Assembly (NCBI GenBank): GCA_951406725.2
Contig: OX597838.1
Coordinates: 24,738,001-24,802,000, forward strand
DNA from: Octopus vulgaris
Taxonomy: Eukaryota
DNA: 64,000 bases
Direction of reading: 5' to 3'
Of the stretch, positions 25,360-37,225 are shown piece after piece. A model generated the notes under the pieces. The model was not told the DNA's origin. It did not search any database and saw only the letters and a list, made by a program, of their open reading frames with translations. How positions within the stretch are numbered: the first letter of the stretch is position 1; each line of letters opens with the position of its first letter. A program made the translations under genes and the position numbers.

Positions 25360-26183
25360 CTTTTAATGATGATAAAATGTATAACATACCAATCAAACGC
25401 AAGAGATCAATATAACTGACTTAGCAATTGAAAGCAGCACAACAGCGTGAGCAGAGACCAATGACTGAAACCAGTATTAAAAAGAAATAACCAAAATATA
25501 AAAAGTGGATGGCAATGATGACAAAAGATATGTATATACAGTTATTGTTGTTGGAGCATTTGATAGAAGCTGCAGTCTATCTTGTCTGTCATCAATCTCC
25601 GACAAAATGAAAGAGAAGCTTTAAATGTAGAGTCTAAAGGCCTTGTATGCTGACAGATGACAGATTTTTACATAAGTTTTAATGGCTGATCATTATCAGA
25701 GTCGAGTTGAGAGATGCATGACATTAAAGAAATAACATTACTGGAATTTTGTGATGTAGATAAACTGATTTGTAGTTGGTTTCAAATGCAGCCAAATTTA
25801 ATTGCATACCATGCCAATGAAGTAAAATAATCTGATATTTCTTTAAAAAAAAAAAAAAAAGAAAAGAAAAGAGATAATGAAAAATTCACCCAGCATTGAT
25901 TGCTAAGGTCATGGGAAGTGAAGGCATAACATTTCTGCAAAATAAAGAAGACCAATCATACACACATGAGTGTGTACATGTTTACATATGTGCCTGCAAA
26001 AGTAACGTGCAATGATTCTTCTGTCATTTCTCCTTTTAACAGCTCATCCATTCACTGAGTGTCTTCAAAGAAATAAGCGATGCTTTCTCGAAAAGCAGTT
26101 AAGGATGAGCAACAGGAAAGGCACCTAGTAGTAAAACAAGGCCTAACCCATGCTAGCACAGAACATATAAAACTACTGGATTT

Positions 26184-26380
26184 ATTACTTTTTACTCGTT
26201 TCAGTCATTTGACTGCGGCCATGCTGGAGCACCGCCTTTAATCGAGCAACTCAACCCCAAGACTTATTCTTTGTAAGCCCAGTACTTATTCTATCGGTCT
26301 CTTTTTGCCGATCTGCTAAGTGACGGGGACATAAACACACCAGCATCGGTTGTCAAGCAATGCTAGGGGGACAAACACAG

Positions 26381-26439
<59 letters not shown>

Positions 26440-26601
26440 TATATACGACAGGCTTCTTTCAGTTTCCGCCTACCAAATCCACTCACAAAGCTTTGGTCGG
26501 CCCGAGGCTATAGTAGAAGACACTTGTCCAAGGTGCCACGCAGTGGGACTGAACCCAGAACCATGTGGTTGGTAAACAAGCTACTTACCACACAGCCACT
26601 C
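26184..26601 (-). mobile_element. SINE family A, young full-length copy
   Basis: Full-length, CpGs retained, internal (CA)/(TA) microsatellite. Confidence 0.9.
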
Positions 26602-27605
26602 TGTTTTATATTTATTTTCCATAGCAAGTTGATCTTTAGAACGTAATGAAAGGTTCTTTCACAAATGATGAGAAATGTTTTATTTTACATATGAACATTT
26701 TAAAATAGGCAGTTTTCATAAAATAACTGCAACCAAGTGATTTCAGGTCAGTTTGTAATGAACAATCAGCATAAATCGACAAAACAAATGTATTTATTTT
26801 CAAACAGATTAAGTGGGATAAAGGCCAGAGATGTTTAGGATAGCCAGATTAGAAGATATTAGACAAAAACTAATACAAAAACAAAATAATTATGTAACAC
26901 ACCATAGGAGCTCTAAGTTAATTTTAAATGCTTAGCTATTAGTGTAATTTAAACCCTAAAATTATGTAAACTTATTTGCTTCGTGCTGTGTTAAGACTTC
27001 CATCCTGACTGCACACATACCAACAGATTAATTTTCAATGAATGAATGAATGAATAAATTATATACACAAATTTATACAAACATGACTAGAGTTTGTGAG
27101 GCCTTGCCTTACTCCAGAGCTGAAAGAGAGTCTCCTATATTGAAATCATGATCCTTTGACCCGAGATCCATATGCTCACTTTTTCATGTTTTTCTTATAC
27201 AAAATTAATTAGCTTTTAATTGAAGGTAACTAAGAGAGAGGACACTGAGGAAATTGCAAAAAATAAGATGCAATTAAAAAAAAAAATTAAGCAGCCAAAC
27301 AAGGAACTCACTGGAATGATGACGTCATTGCCATATCAAAGTAATTTAAAATGAACAGGATGCTTTATTTTATGTAGATTACTATGTCACTGTGCTGTGT
27401 TCAAATAAAGTCTGGATAACTTCAGTTTTATATCCCCACCCTACAAATCCAAAATTATAAAGAGTACAACACAAAATGTACCGTGGCCATAAATATATAT
27501 TTATGCTAACTGGAGCATAGACATTCTAAATTATAAATGTTGGCTTAGTTACTGCTGAACTTTACTGTCAGTAAAACGGTTGGTTGCTTGAGAGAGCTCA
27601 ACAAA

Positions 27606-27661
<56 letters not shown>

Positions 27662-28174
27662 CGTGTACACACACACATATATACACATCCAGGGTGGTAG
27701 ATTGTTGGAAAGTTAGAGTGCCAGATGAGATGTAGTTTCTGTTCTCCACTCAAATCCTGCCTCCTGTCACCAGTAACAACTGGATCCTTTGGGATAGGCT
27801 CAGGACATCCTTAAGCAATTGCCCAAGTATTTCAGCTGACCACTCTTAATCCCTGCACACCAAGTCACATGCTCGCTCTCTTTCTCTCTCTCATTTATAC
27901 GAGAGTGAGAACAAAATGAACTAAAAATGCTTCATGGGATGTATTTCAATACGTCAGAGTTTCAAGTTCAAATCTAACCAGGTTCAACCAAATTAGCCTT
28001 TACATCCTTCTGGGTATCAAGATAAATGTAAGAAATTAAGGGCGAATCCCTCCATTCCTCACAAATCATTATCCTTGTGTCAAAAAGGAAATCATCAAAA
28101 TCCATATGAGCTACCAAACTTCAGTAAATGATACTGGATATAGCAGCACAATGAAGACTTTATAAAATGACAGG

Positions 28175-28500
28175 ATCATCACCATCATTTAGTGTCCATC
28201 TTCCATACTGGCATGAGTTGGACAGTTTGACAGGAGCTGGCCAGGCAGAAGATCACACCAGGTTACTGTGTCTGTTTTGACATTGTTTTTATGGTTGGAT
28301 GTCGTTCCTAACACCAACCACCCCACAGAGTGGACCGAGTGCTTTTTATGTGACACCAGCACAGGCGAGGTCAGTTTTGGCATGGTTTTTCCAGCTGGAT
28401 GCCTTTCCAAATGCCAACCACTTCATAGTTTGGACTGGATGCTTTTTTTTTTTTGTGGCACCAGCACAGGTGAGGTCACCAAATAACTTGCAAGACAAAG
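28175..28500 (-). mobile_element. family C repeat with internal duplication
   Basis: Two successive GGATG..TTCC.AA..CCAACCAC...CACCAGCACAGG.GAGGTCA units. Confidence 0.8.
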
Positions 28501-29649
28501 ATTTTTTAAATGTTTATAGAAATGATGTCTCGTAACAAGGCAGAAGTCCACTCTTGTTATCAAGCGAGTAAACTCCAAATAATCACTGTTACTTATTTCA
28601 ACTCCAAACATTTAAGTGCTGAACCAGATACTATAACTATTGCAGGAATTTAGGTAAAAATTACCAATACAATGTAATGATCGTTGGTGTACGTAATGAA
28701 AATTTTTTTTTACCCATTATCATGCCACTTTTACCTGGTTGAGTAAGCTGAATACAGGTAAGTTGATTCATGCAGATGTAATCATATATTTACGAGATAT
28801 CAATTTTCTGGGTGTTGATTTCCTGTTTCAGAGCTAAACTTGTGTTCAAGTAATCTCTGTAACTTGGAAGCTGCACAACTCTTACTAGAAAATTAATTCT
28901 GAGGTACACCATCTCTTTCAATGATGTTGCATAGTTAATGTGCACTCATCCTAATAAAATATTTTAGGCAAAGTTGAAAATATTTTATGGGTTTTGCTTT
29001 TTAAGTTCAAAAGATTTTGTGGGGGTTCACATCATTTATGAAAGCAGTAATGCAATGATCAAATATATAATCCCTCAACTCTTGCTCAGAATTCAATAAA
29101 TTCCAATATCAGATTGCAAGTGTGCACAGACGACACTGAAAGGTCTATTTTCTTCAAGTTCAAGCCTTCATCTAATTAAATCATTAGAAAATGAATTATT
29201 AATATCAAATTTTAACTTGCCACTCGAGATATACTTGCCATGATGCTTGAAAAAATGTCAAAGCATGAAATACAAACATACATGGTGGCAACAGGAAGTC
29301 TTCTGACAAAGTTCCTTTTAAAATGAAACTAAATTTCTCACATAGAAGAGCACTCACTGTTTTATGGCCCAAAACACAGCTCTCTTTCCAGCAAGGCCTA
29401 CAGCTGTCCTCTTGGAAACACTGGTTTGGTGTATTTCTTACAATAATCTTTACTAAAAGCCAAAATGTCTCAGAAGCATATTTGCTGTTGTTCTACTGAA
29501 TAAATAGCTAACTTGCAGAGTTGCTCTGGTGTCATAGTGTCAGTGAAGTATTCAAAGATAATTATAATTTTATAATTCAAAGTTGACAAACAGGACTGAA
29601 AAACAAAAAGGTCCAAGAGTCAGCATTTAACTGGTAAGATGAAAAATAT

Positions 29650-29840
29650 TCTAATTTTGTTACAAGGCCAGTAAATCCGAAGGGAGGGGAGACAATTACA
29701 TCAATTCCGGTGTTTGATTGGTACTTGATTTTATCAACTGTGAAAAGATGAAAAGCAAAGTCAACCTAGGTGGCATTTGAGCATAAAATACAAAGAGCCA
29801 GAAGAAATGCTAAGTATTTTGTCAGGTGTAGTAACGATTA
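29650..29840 (-). mobile_element. SINE family B, diverged
   Basis: GATGAAAAGCAAAGTCAAC central motif. Confidence 0.7.
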
Positions 29841-30370
29841 ATAAGTATGTTCTGAGAAGGTGGAATGCTAACACACATCGCAACAAAAACATGATGGATT
29901 AGCAAAAAAGATGCCATAGTGTTGGCTTGTATAGTAAGTGTTACAATACTAACATAGTGAGTTGAGTGCCTAACTACATTCTAATTATTTAAAGTGTATA
30001 GAGAAGGAATGAAATGTGATAGGTTTTCTAATCAATGCTCAAAAGCCCATTGTAAGGAATTCTTGAAATTGCACCAAGATAGTAAATTACAGTTTAGTTT
30101 CAGCCATAACCAGTTACAGAAGGTTTTTAACCCTCTGCCAGTCCAAAATATTTTCATAAGTATTCTAAACATCCATGATTATTTTCAGACTTTTGGTTAG
30201 CCCTTGTTTCATACGTTCTGAATAACAAAGCTTTCCTTTCATAAGTCCCAAGTGGTTTTTTAAAAAAAATCTACAAATGTATATCATAGTATGGATGCCA
30301 GGGAAATATTTCCTGCATATCACATGCAATACACAGGACAGGTAAAGGGTTAAGAGATTTAAATATTCAG

Positions 30371-30621
30371 TGACTACAGAAGACCTGGTCAGTGAAAAAT
30401 AAAATCGCAAGGTATTGGGATGAAAGTTGAGAAATGTTGCTCAATTAATCATTTAAAATGTATTTTTAAATGCTTACAGAAGAAGAATACATAAAAAATG
30501 TTTCTGACTACAGAAGACCTGGTCAGTGAAAAATGAAATCACAAGGTATTGGGATGAAAGTTGAGAAATGTTGCTCAATTAATCATTTAAAATGTATTTT
30601 TAAATACATAAAAAATGTTTC
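30371..30621. repeat. tandem duplication (134 + 117 bp)
   Basis: TGACTACAGAAGACCTGG starts at 30371 and 30505; copy 2 lacks 17 bp. Confidence 0.95.
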
Positions 30622-32403
30622 AGCAAAACTTCAACTATATTATGAAGAAAAGGAGATATCAATAAGATATCTAACATGAATCTAAAACAGTTTCAGTCAA
30701 CAACATATCTAATAACTAAATGATACTGAGAACAAAGGAACCACAACGTAGTTGATTGATATTCTAGAGATAGTTGCAAAAGCTAAGGGGTTAATTTACC
30801 CTTCTTAACATGGTAAAGTATAAAAAGGGAGATTTGGCTACTGTTCCTAAAAGCAAGAGTCTATACACGGATACTATTGTTGGTACAATAACTTGCGTAT
30901 ATTAAGCTAGTTTACATACAAAAATTTCTTACATAAATCCAAGACAAAAATTTACTAATGCATCTCATCATACACAAGATAAAATCATTTGGTTGGGAAT
31001 TAAATTTAAATATTATTGTTAATCAGACAGGTTGATATTCAAAGAATTGGCCACTACAAAACTTACAAGAATGAATAATTTTGACAAGAACATATTTTTT
31101 TTCATTTAGAACTTTTCACTGAATTATAAAGTTACAGTTTGATCTACAGATCAATGATTGAACTATAAACAACATAGATTTCAAATGGTTTGTTAGATAA
31201 ACAAACAGGATATAAAGTACACACAATCAGTACATTCACGGATTCAGATATTCAGCAAACGTGTCGCTGCAAGAGATAAACATTTTACGCAATAGTTTTA
31301 ACAAAAAAATATCATGGATATTATTGTGCCCACCATTGAAAATTGGCACACCTTTTGAATTCTGACCAATAGCCATAGAAATTACTTTAGCTGCCAAATA
31401 CTCCTAACACTGCTAAGGCTATTTCCAGAAACAAATTTCTATGAAAAGAATAAAATAAAAAAACCTTGAAGCATTTAGCTCACCACTCCTTCCTGCACAG
31501 TTTAATCATTTGGACACTATATCACAATGAAAGAAATAAACTATCTGAGAAACCATTATTTCAGTAAATAGTTTTAATAATAGCTTAGCATGGAAATAAT
31601 TGATGAGTTCACAGTTGCTAACTAGAACAACTGGAGAAATATGACCCACACCATAGAAATCATTTTAGCTACCAAACATAGCTAATAATTGCAATATGAT
31701 ATTAAAGGAGGACAAGCTCAAGGACATCAACATTGAGACCAATATAAATCCCGATTGGAAATCAATACTGAACAAAAATTAGAGTTGAGAAATGACTGTA
31801 AAAAAACAAACAAACTATAGGGAATATTTTCTCACTCACTTTTTGTTTGTTTTGCTCTGTCAGTGGAATAAATCAACGACGCAATAGAAGCTAATTTTAG
31901 ATTTAGTAAACAAATAGATTTGATAGGTGATAATGACTACGTAAGCAATAGATAAGGACGACTATCGAACGATGACAAATGAACCAACAGTCAAGTAGAA
32001 AACAGATGTTACTACACGAGTACTAAAATCCATTGTATCTAGTAAGATACGTCTGAGGGAGTTACTACTGGGTTGTGTTAATGTTGAAGTCAGTCCTGAT
32101 TGAGTAGAACAAAAATCAAAAGGCAATTCAGCCACGACCATCATGACTTTTTTAGAGACACTGTGCAATGGTGTCTTTTTCCCGCCTTACTCAAGATAGC
32201 AGGGTGTAACTTGGAGGAATTAAGCTGCTGTTTTTAGGTAGTTGAATCACCACATAGACATCCTTCTTTGCTTGGTCCCCCACCTCCCGAGTTGTTAGCA
32301 GTAAAGAAAAATCAAAATAAAACGTTTTTCTTTGGGGTGGGGGTAGGGTTTACAAATGCTGCCAACAAAACATGTTTACAGTTCTATATTTAAGAGATAA
32401 GGA

Positions 32404-32621
32404 ATTATTTACATTATTTACATTTGACGGATATTTGTCCACATTTTGTTTGTTCGATACCAGGCGGTGAACCTGAATAATAATATCGAAACACCTTAGG
32501 AATGAGAACCCAGGTTCGAAATTTCTCCAAGACACCTGATGAAGGCTGGAGGGAGTATCAGCCGAAACGTTGTGCTAACAACAAACAAGAGGAGGACAAA
32601 TATCCATCAAATGTAAATAAT
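32404..32621 (+). mobile_element. Penelope-like element terminal-repeat remnant with an inverted partial copy
   Basis: Contains the hammerhead. Ends are inverted: ATTATTTACATTTGACGGATATTTGTCC...TTGTTTGTT and AACAAACAA...GGACAAATATCCATCAAATGTAAATAAT. Confidence 0.65.
32531..32576 (+). ncRNA. minimal type I hammerhead ribozyme motif (Penelope-like)
   Basis: GACAC-CTGATGA-A-GGCTG(loop)CAGCC-GAAA-CG-TT-GTGCT. Catalytic boxes, stem II and the palindromic AACGTT stem III are present; stem I has one mismatch. Confidence 0.7.
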
Positions 32622-32657
32622 ATAAAAAAGGTTACATAAAATTTGACACAGAATGAG

Positions 32658-32845
32658 GATCATCATGTGTGTCTTCCATGCTGGCATGGCTTAGATGACT
32701 CAACAAGATTAGACAAGCCAGAGGATTGCTTCAAGCTCCTGTGTCTAATTTGGCATGGTTTCTACAGCTAGATGCCTCCCCTAACATAAACCACTTTACC
32801 GTGTGAACTGGGTGCTTTCTTTTTTCCATGGCATCAGCACTTGTA
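32658..32845 (-). mobile_element. family C repeat
   Basis: TTCCATGCTGGCATGG...TTGGCATGGTTTCTACAGCT. Confidence 0.75.
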
Positions 32846-35189
32846 AAACACACACACACAAAAAAAAATCTGAGTTTAACCCCAATTCATTTTATTTCTC
32901 AAAAGGTCATATTGTTAAAAAATGAAACATTGATAAAAAAAAAAAGAGAACCTATATACAAAGTCATGAGATACATCAAGAAATCATTCAACTTCAATTA
33001 ACTACTCTTATTTTGACATCCAGTTTTGCCTGATGTTGTTAATGCTTTTGATATATCTACTCAACCACAACTGGCAGCAAACACAAAAACTAGCTGCAGG
33101 GTAAGTATTTGAGAAAAAAAAACAAAAAAAACAGCACCAGTAAACATGTTTGACTAGATCCAAGTCAAACGTGTTTGTCCTGTTAATCATGTGACATTTC
33201 AGAAACAGTTGGGTTTCGGTTATTTTAAATTGTATTATAACAATATGCTACCAAGAGAAACTATATGAAACTGAGCCAACGAAGAGTACAAATATATGAT
33301 CACATGACTTGCAGTAATATCTGCCTTGAATCATACCTACGATCTTATAAAAAGAAAAGGGCAAACATTTAGATAATGTAATTCAAGAAGTATTGCTGTA
33401 TTTTTTTTTTTTGCTTTTTCAGGACAATGGTTTGTTGCTGGACGATGGCCATGTTTGAAGCAATGTCTTCAAGAGTTATAGACAATCATATTGGCACCAG
33501 CACTTAGTCTGGTACTTCTTTCATTGATCTTTATTGAATAGATAAGCTTGCTTTTAAAGTAATGTAAAGATACCAGTTTATACAGGTATGCCTTCCACTC
33601 ACAATGCACTAGTCAACAGTCAACTTGTTCAAATACTCTGAAGTGAAACCAAATCTAACACCATGGGATTACAAAGCAAAACTCTTAACCACATAACTAC
33701 AACTTCACCTATGTGGAATGTTTGAAAATAAGGAAAGGTGGCTGCAGCTACATTTTTTTCCTATAAGGCTGATAGACTGACCTCGGGTCAAATAATGACA
33801 CAAAATCCAAAGTGGAGGTGTGTACCATGTTAAGTATGACAAGTATGAAATACAAATGTAGCAAGTATCTTTTTGCATTCATTAAATTACAGGAGTAATA
33901 TTGGAATTTCTTCAAGTAATGAAACTATTTTGGTGATGGTAGGAGTGAGAAATCAAGAAGAGACCATTCCTCTCCATGCTATATCCAAAGAAGTTGAACC
34001 TGGAATTGAGGTGAGGTGAAATTTTACAGTGTTGTTCATACACTGATTATGCTGCCCCAAAACCCAGGTCAGCCCTTACTAAACAGTCCCATAATCAAAA
34101 GCTTTCCATCAATAACCACCCTGTCCTACTGAGTATCTTAGACTATATTATTCAATAATAATTTGAAGGATAGTGAGCTGCCATTTCTAGCAAACTGACA
34201 GGTTATATAGAGCAGTCATGGGCAACCTGTGACCTGCAGGACTTTCTAAATGGCATACCCAACAAAATATTATTTTGAATTTTTTTTTGTTTAGTAATGC
34301 AGTCCACTTGATGAAGAGCAATGTCTCATGTAGCCTGCTTCTTGAAAGATGTTACCCATTCATACCTAGTATAAAGATTCCAACACTATTTTAAGCTAAG
34401 AGCACCACTGGGCCATTTAAAAAACTGAAGTGTCTTGATTCCAACCACAACACACTACCAAAACACAAACCAATTTCCTTTCATTTAGGGGTCCCAGTTA
34501 CCCTATTTATTCAGTAAACTGCACCACTGAAACATAATATTGAAAAGGAGAAATGGTAAATACTGTGATTGGCTCTGAAGTAGGAAGATTTAAAATAACA
34601 TCTTAGAATTTACTGATCTTAAGAGGGCATTCAAATGACTGAAGTACAAGGAGGGCACACATATGGTTTGGGCGTTTTTCTCTGTCTCTACTCATCCATA
34701 ACTTTACATTAAACCTGCTTAAAAAAATACTTCCGAATGTTTATATATACACAAATATATACACTAACACACAAAAATTATTAAAGTTACACATGCATAG
34801 AAACACCCACTAAAACTTACACACACACACACACGATATTTTGACAAGAATGAAGATGGGTTAACCCTTTTGCTACAAATTCCTTACACTGGCTTAATGA
34901 AAAATCCTTATTTTAAACTACTTGTATTTCAATTAAACTACTTGTATATTCAATTAAAACCTTCCAGCAGTTTTATCTTCAGAAATCTTCCAAATGTTTC
35001 AAAATCTAGCTTCATAATGAAATGTTGCACTAAAATCACTCCAAATTCTTCATTACATTAAAAATTAATTGAAATGCATAATAGGTAAGTGTGTTTCATT
35101 ATAAATATGGTTATGAAAACAGTTAGGGTTCCTTAACTTACTCATAGAAGCACTAGTTATTTGGCCCCAGATTAGCCTGATACAGCAGT

Positions 35190-35476
35190 TGTTGTTTGCT
35201 CCTTCTTGAGCCACGCCTGGCTCATAGGGCCAGTTTCCTTGGCATATAGGTTCCCTACCTGGACGAGAAGCCGGTTCGTTGCAGGTGAGCTGCAAGGTGC
35301 AGGAGGAAAGAGTGAGAGAAAGTTGTGGCAAAAGAGTCAGCAGAAGTTTGCCATTACCTTCTGCCAGAGCCACATGGAGCTTAGGTGTTTTGCTCATAAA
35401 CACCTGGTCTGAGAATCGAACCCACGATCCCTTGACCGCGAGTCCGCTGCTCTAACCACTAGGCCATGTGCCTCCA
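35190..35476 (-). mobile_element. full-length tRNA-derived SINE with (AAC)n tail and 13-bp TSD
   Basis: Head GGCACATGGCCTAGTGGTTAGAGC...GGGTTCGATTCTC. TSD CTGATACAGCAGT at 35177-35189 and 35477-35489. Confidence 0.9.
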
Positions 35477-35721
35477 CTGATACAGCAGTACAATGATCAA
35501 AGAAGATATTTTATCTGTGATCATCTCTTACTTTGACAGTATTTAGGACTGCATTGTCCAATGCGTCCTTTTTATGACAGAAGATTGCAATTTGAGGACA
35601 ATTCAGATGCTGTTACTAACAAGTTGAGTAACCACACAGGCTGCTTCACCTTCATGCCAAACCAAGTCTAACTTGCAACAAGCACTCCAGTCAATATGTG
35701 CATTCCAGTTACAAGTCCACC

Positions 35722-35830
35722 TAGTCACATGCACAGACTAGTCACATGTGGCACATGCACAGACCAGTCACATGTGGCACATGCACACTCCAGCCACAAG
35801 CCCCCCCCCCAGTCACATGCAGCATACACA
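35722..35830. repeat. 26-bp minisatellite rich in CACATG
   Basis: AGTCACATGTGGCACATGCACAGAC repeated. Confidence 0.85.
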
Positions 35831-36862
35831 TTACCCTAAATACTGATATTAAGAACGCTTGCTAATAAATGCTACAGGTGGCCTATCGCTGTCTTATACT
35901 CTTAGATACAAAAACCTAAAATTTATACACAACAATTTACAAAACAGAATCTGTTTATTTTAATTAATGCCTTAATATTGATTATAAACTAAATAAATCC
36001 GAATATGTCAGAGTGTTAAACCTTAATGAATAGTCTCGTTATTGGACAAAATAACCAAATACTTTCAGAACACTTCATAATAACACACTGTAACAACATA
36101 CTATAATAGCATAGTGTCACTAGAAATACTTTTGTAATCCAATCTTAAAACAGTCTATTTCACACTGATTTCAAACGCACACACACTTATCTGTTTGAAT
36201 GTTTATAATGAAGTCCTTGTTTTGTGTTGGTGATTAAATATTTGCTTTTGGTACTAATCATCTTACCAGTCACCCAATGGAACCAAGTAGATTTACGAAA
36301 CTTAGTTTTGGAAACTTAATATTCTTTGATGGTTTTTTTTAGGCAAAAAATTTGTTTTACTTTTACTCAGAGGAGGAAGAGTGGCATTTGTGACCTTTTA
36401 CCAGGGTCACATAAATTGGTGGGAGGAAAGAGGAGGAAATTTCAACCCTCAGACATGTTCTAAATATTTGAAACAGTGGGGAGTGGGTGACTTCACGGAA
36501 TCACAGAATAGTCCACCCAATAGGCCACCACAGTTTTCTGTTGGCACGATTTCATTAATAAACTTAGAGTAACATGAGGCTATGGAAGAATAAGGCCCCA
36601 AGGTGCCAATCAGATTGAATTTGGAATCCAATGACTGCAACCCAGACTACTACTTGCTCGCAACTTAGCATCCAAAGTTTATGCTTGAATAACAAAAACC
36701 CCACGCTCATTCACCCTCAAAATATGCTAAGAAACACAAATGGGATAACATCTGACAACTAACCAAGTGTTAGTTTTAGAACTGTATTACATTTTCTCGG
36801 ACTGATTCAATGAACTCTTTGATGAAAAAAAATTCCCTGTAGCACTTAGCTACATTCTATGA

Positions 36863-37225
36863 TTAAACTTTTATCATTTAAACTGGCCAATATATTCTAC
36901 TAGTTTTATTCTCAAACTGGCCAAATCTGGTCTCACACCAACCTACAATGTCATTCTAAAAATTAACAGTTAGCTCATCAAAATCTTGAAACTACAAAAT
37001 GTTGTTGGCATCCTTTTTTGTCTCGGGAGACAATGGAATTGCGCATAAAATAATCTAGTCTGGCTTTTACATTTCATGTCCTAATACATCTGCTGTGGCT
37101 GTGTAGTCTTATCCTGGACAAACACTCCCTCTGGCAGGTGCCGCAAATGTAGCGAAGACTTTTAGTTCAAAACAATGAGAATAAATATGATGATTGATGG
37201 AGAAATCTGAATGCTAAAGGGTTAA
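36863..37225. mobile_element. MITE family D containing an RTE fragment
   Basis: Right TIR AATGCTAAAGGGTTAA; body shared with family D. Confidence 0.8.
37000..37162 (-). mobile_element. RTE (BovB-like) 3' end inserted in a MITE
   Basis: Minus strand YICGTCQRECLSRIRLHSHSRC (C-terminal zinc-finger-like motif) and CCATTGTCTC...GGATGCCAACAAC tail. Confidence 0.75.

Noticed and set aside
30371-30621. CRISPR-like or prokaryotic system
   Set aside because: Eukaryotic intron; the repeats are simple two-copy duplications without unique spacers or cas genes.
35400-35476. tRNA-like sequence
   Set aside because: It is a SINE head with no complete acceptor stem, followed by SINE body and flanked by a TSD.
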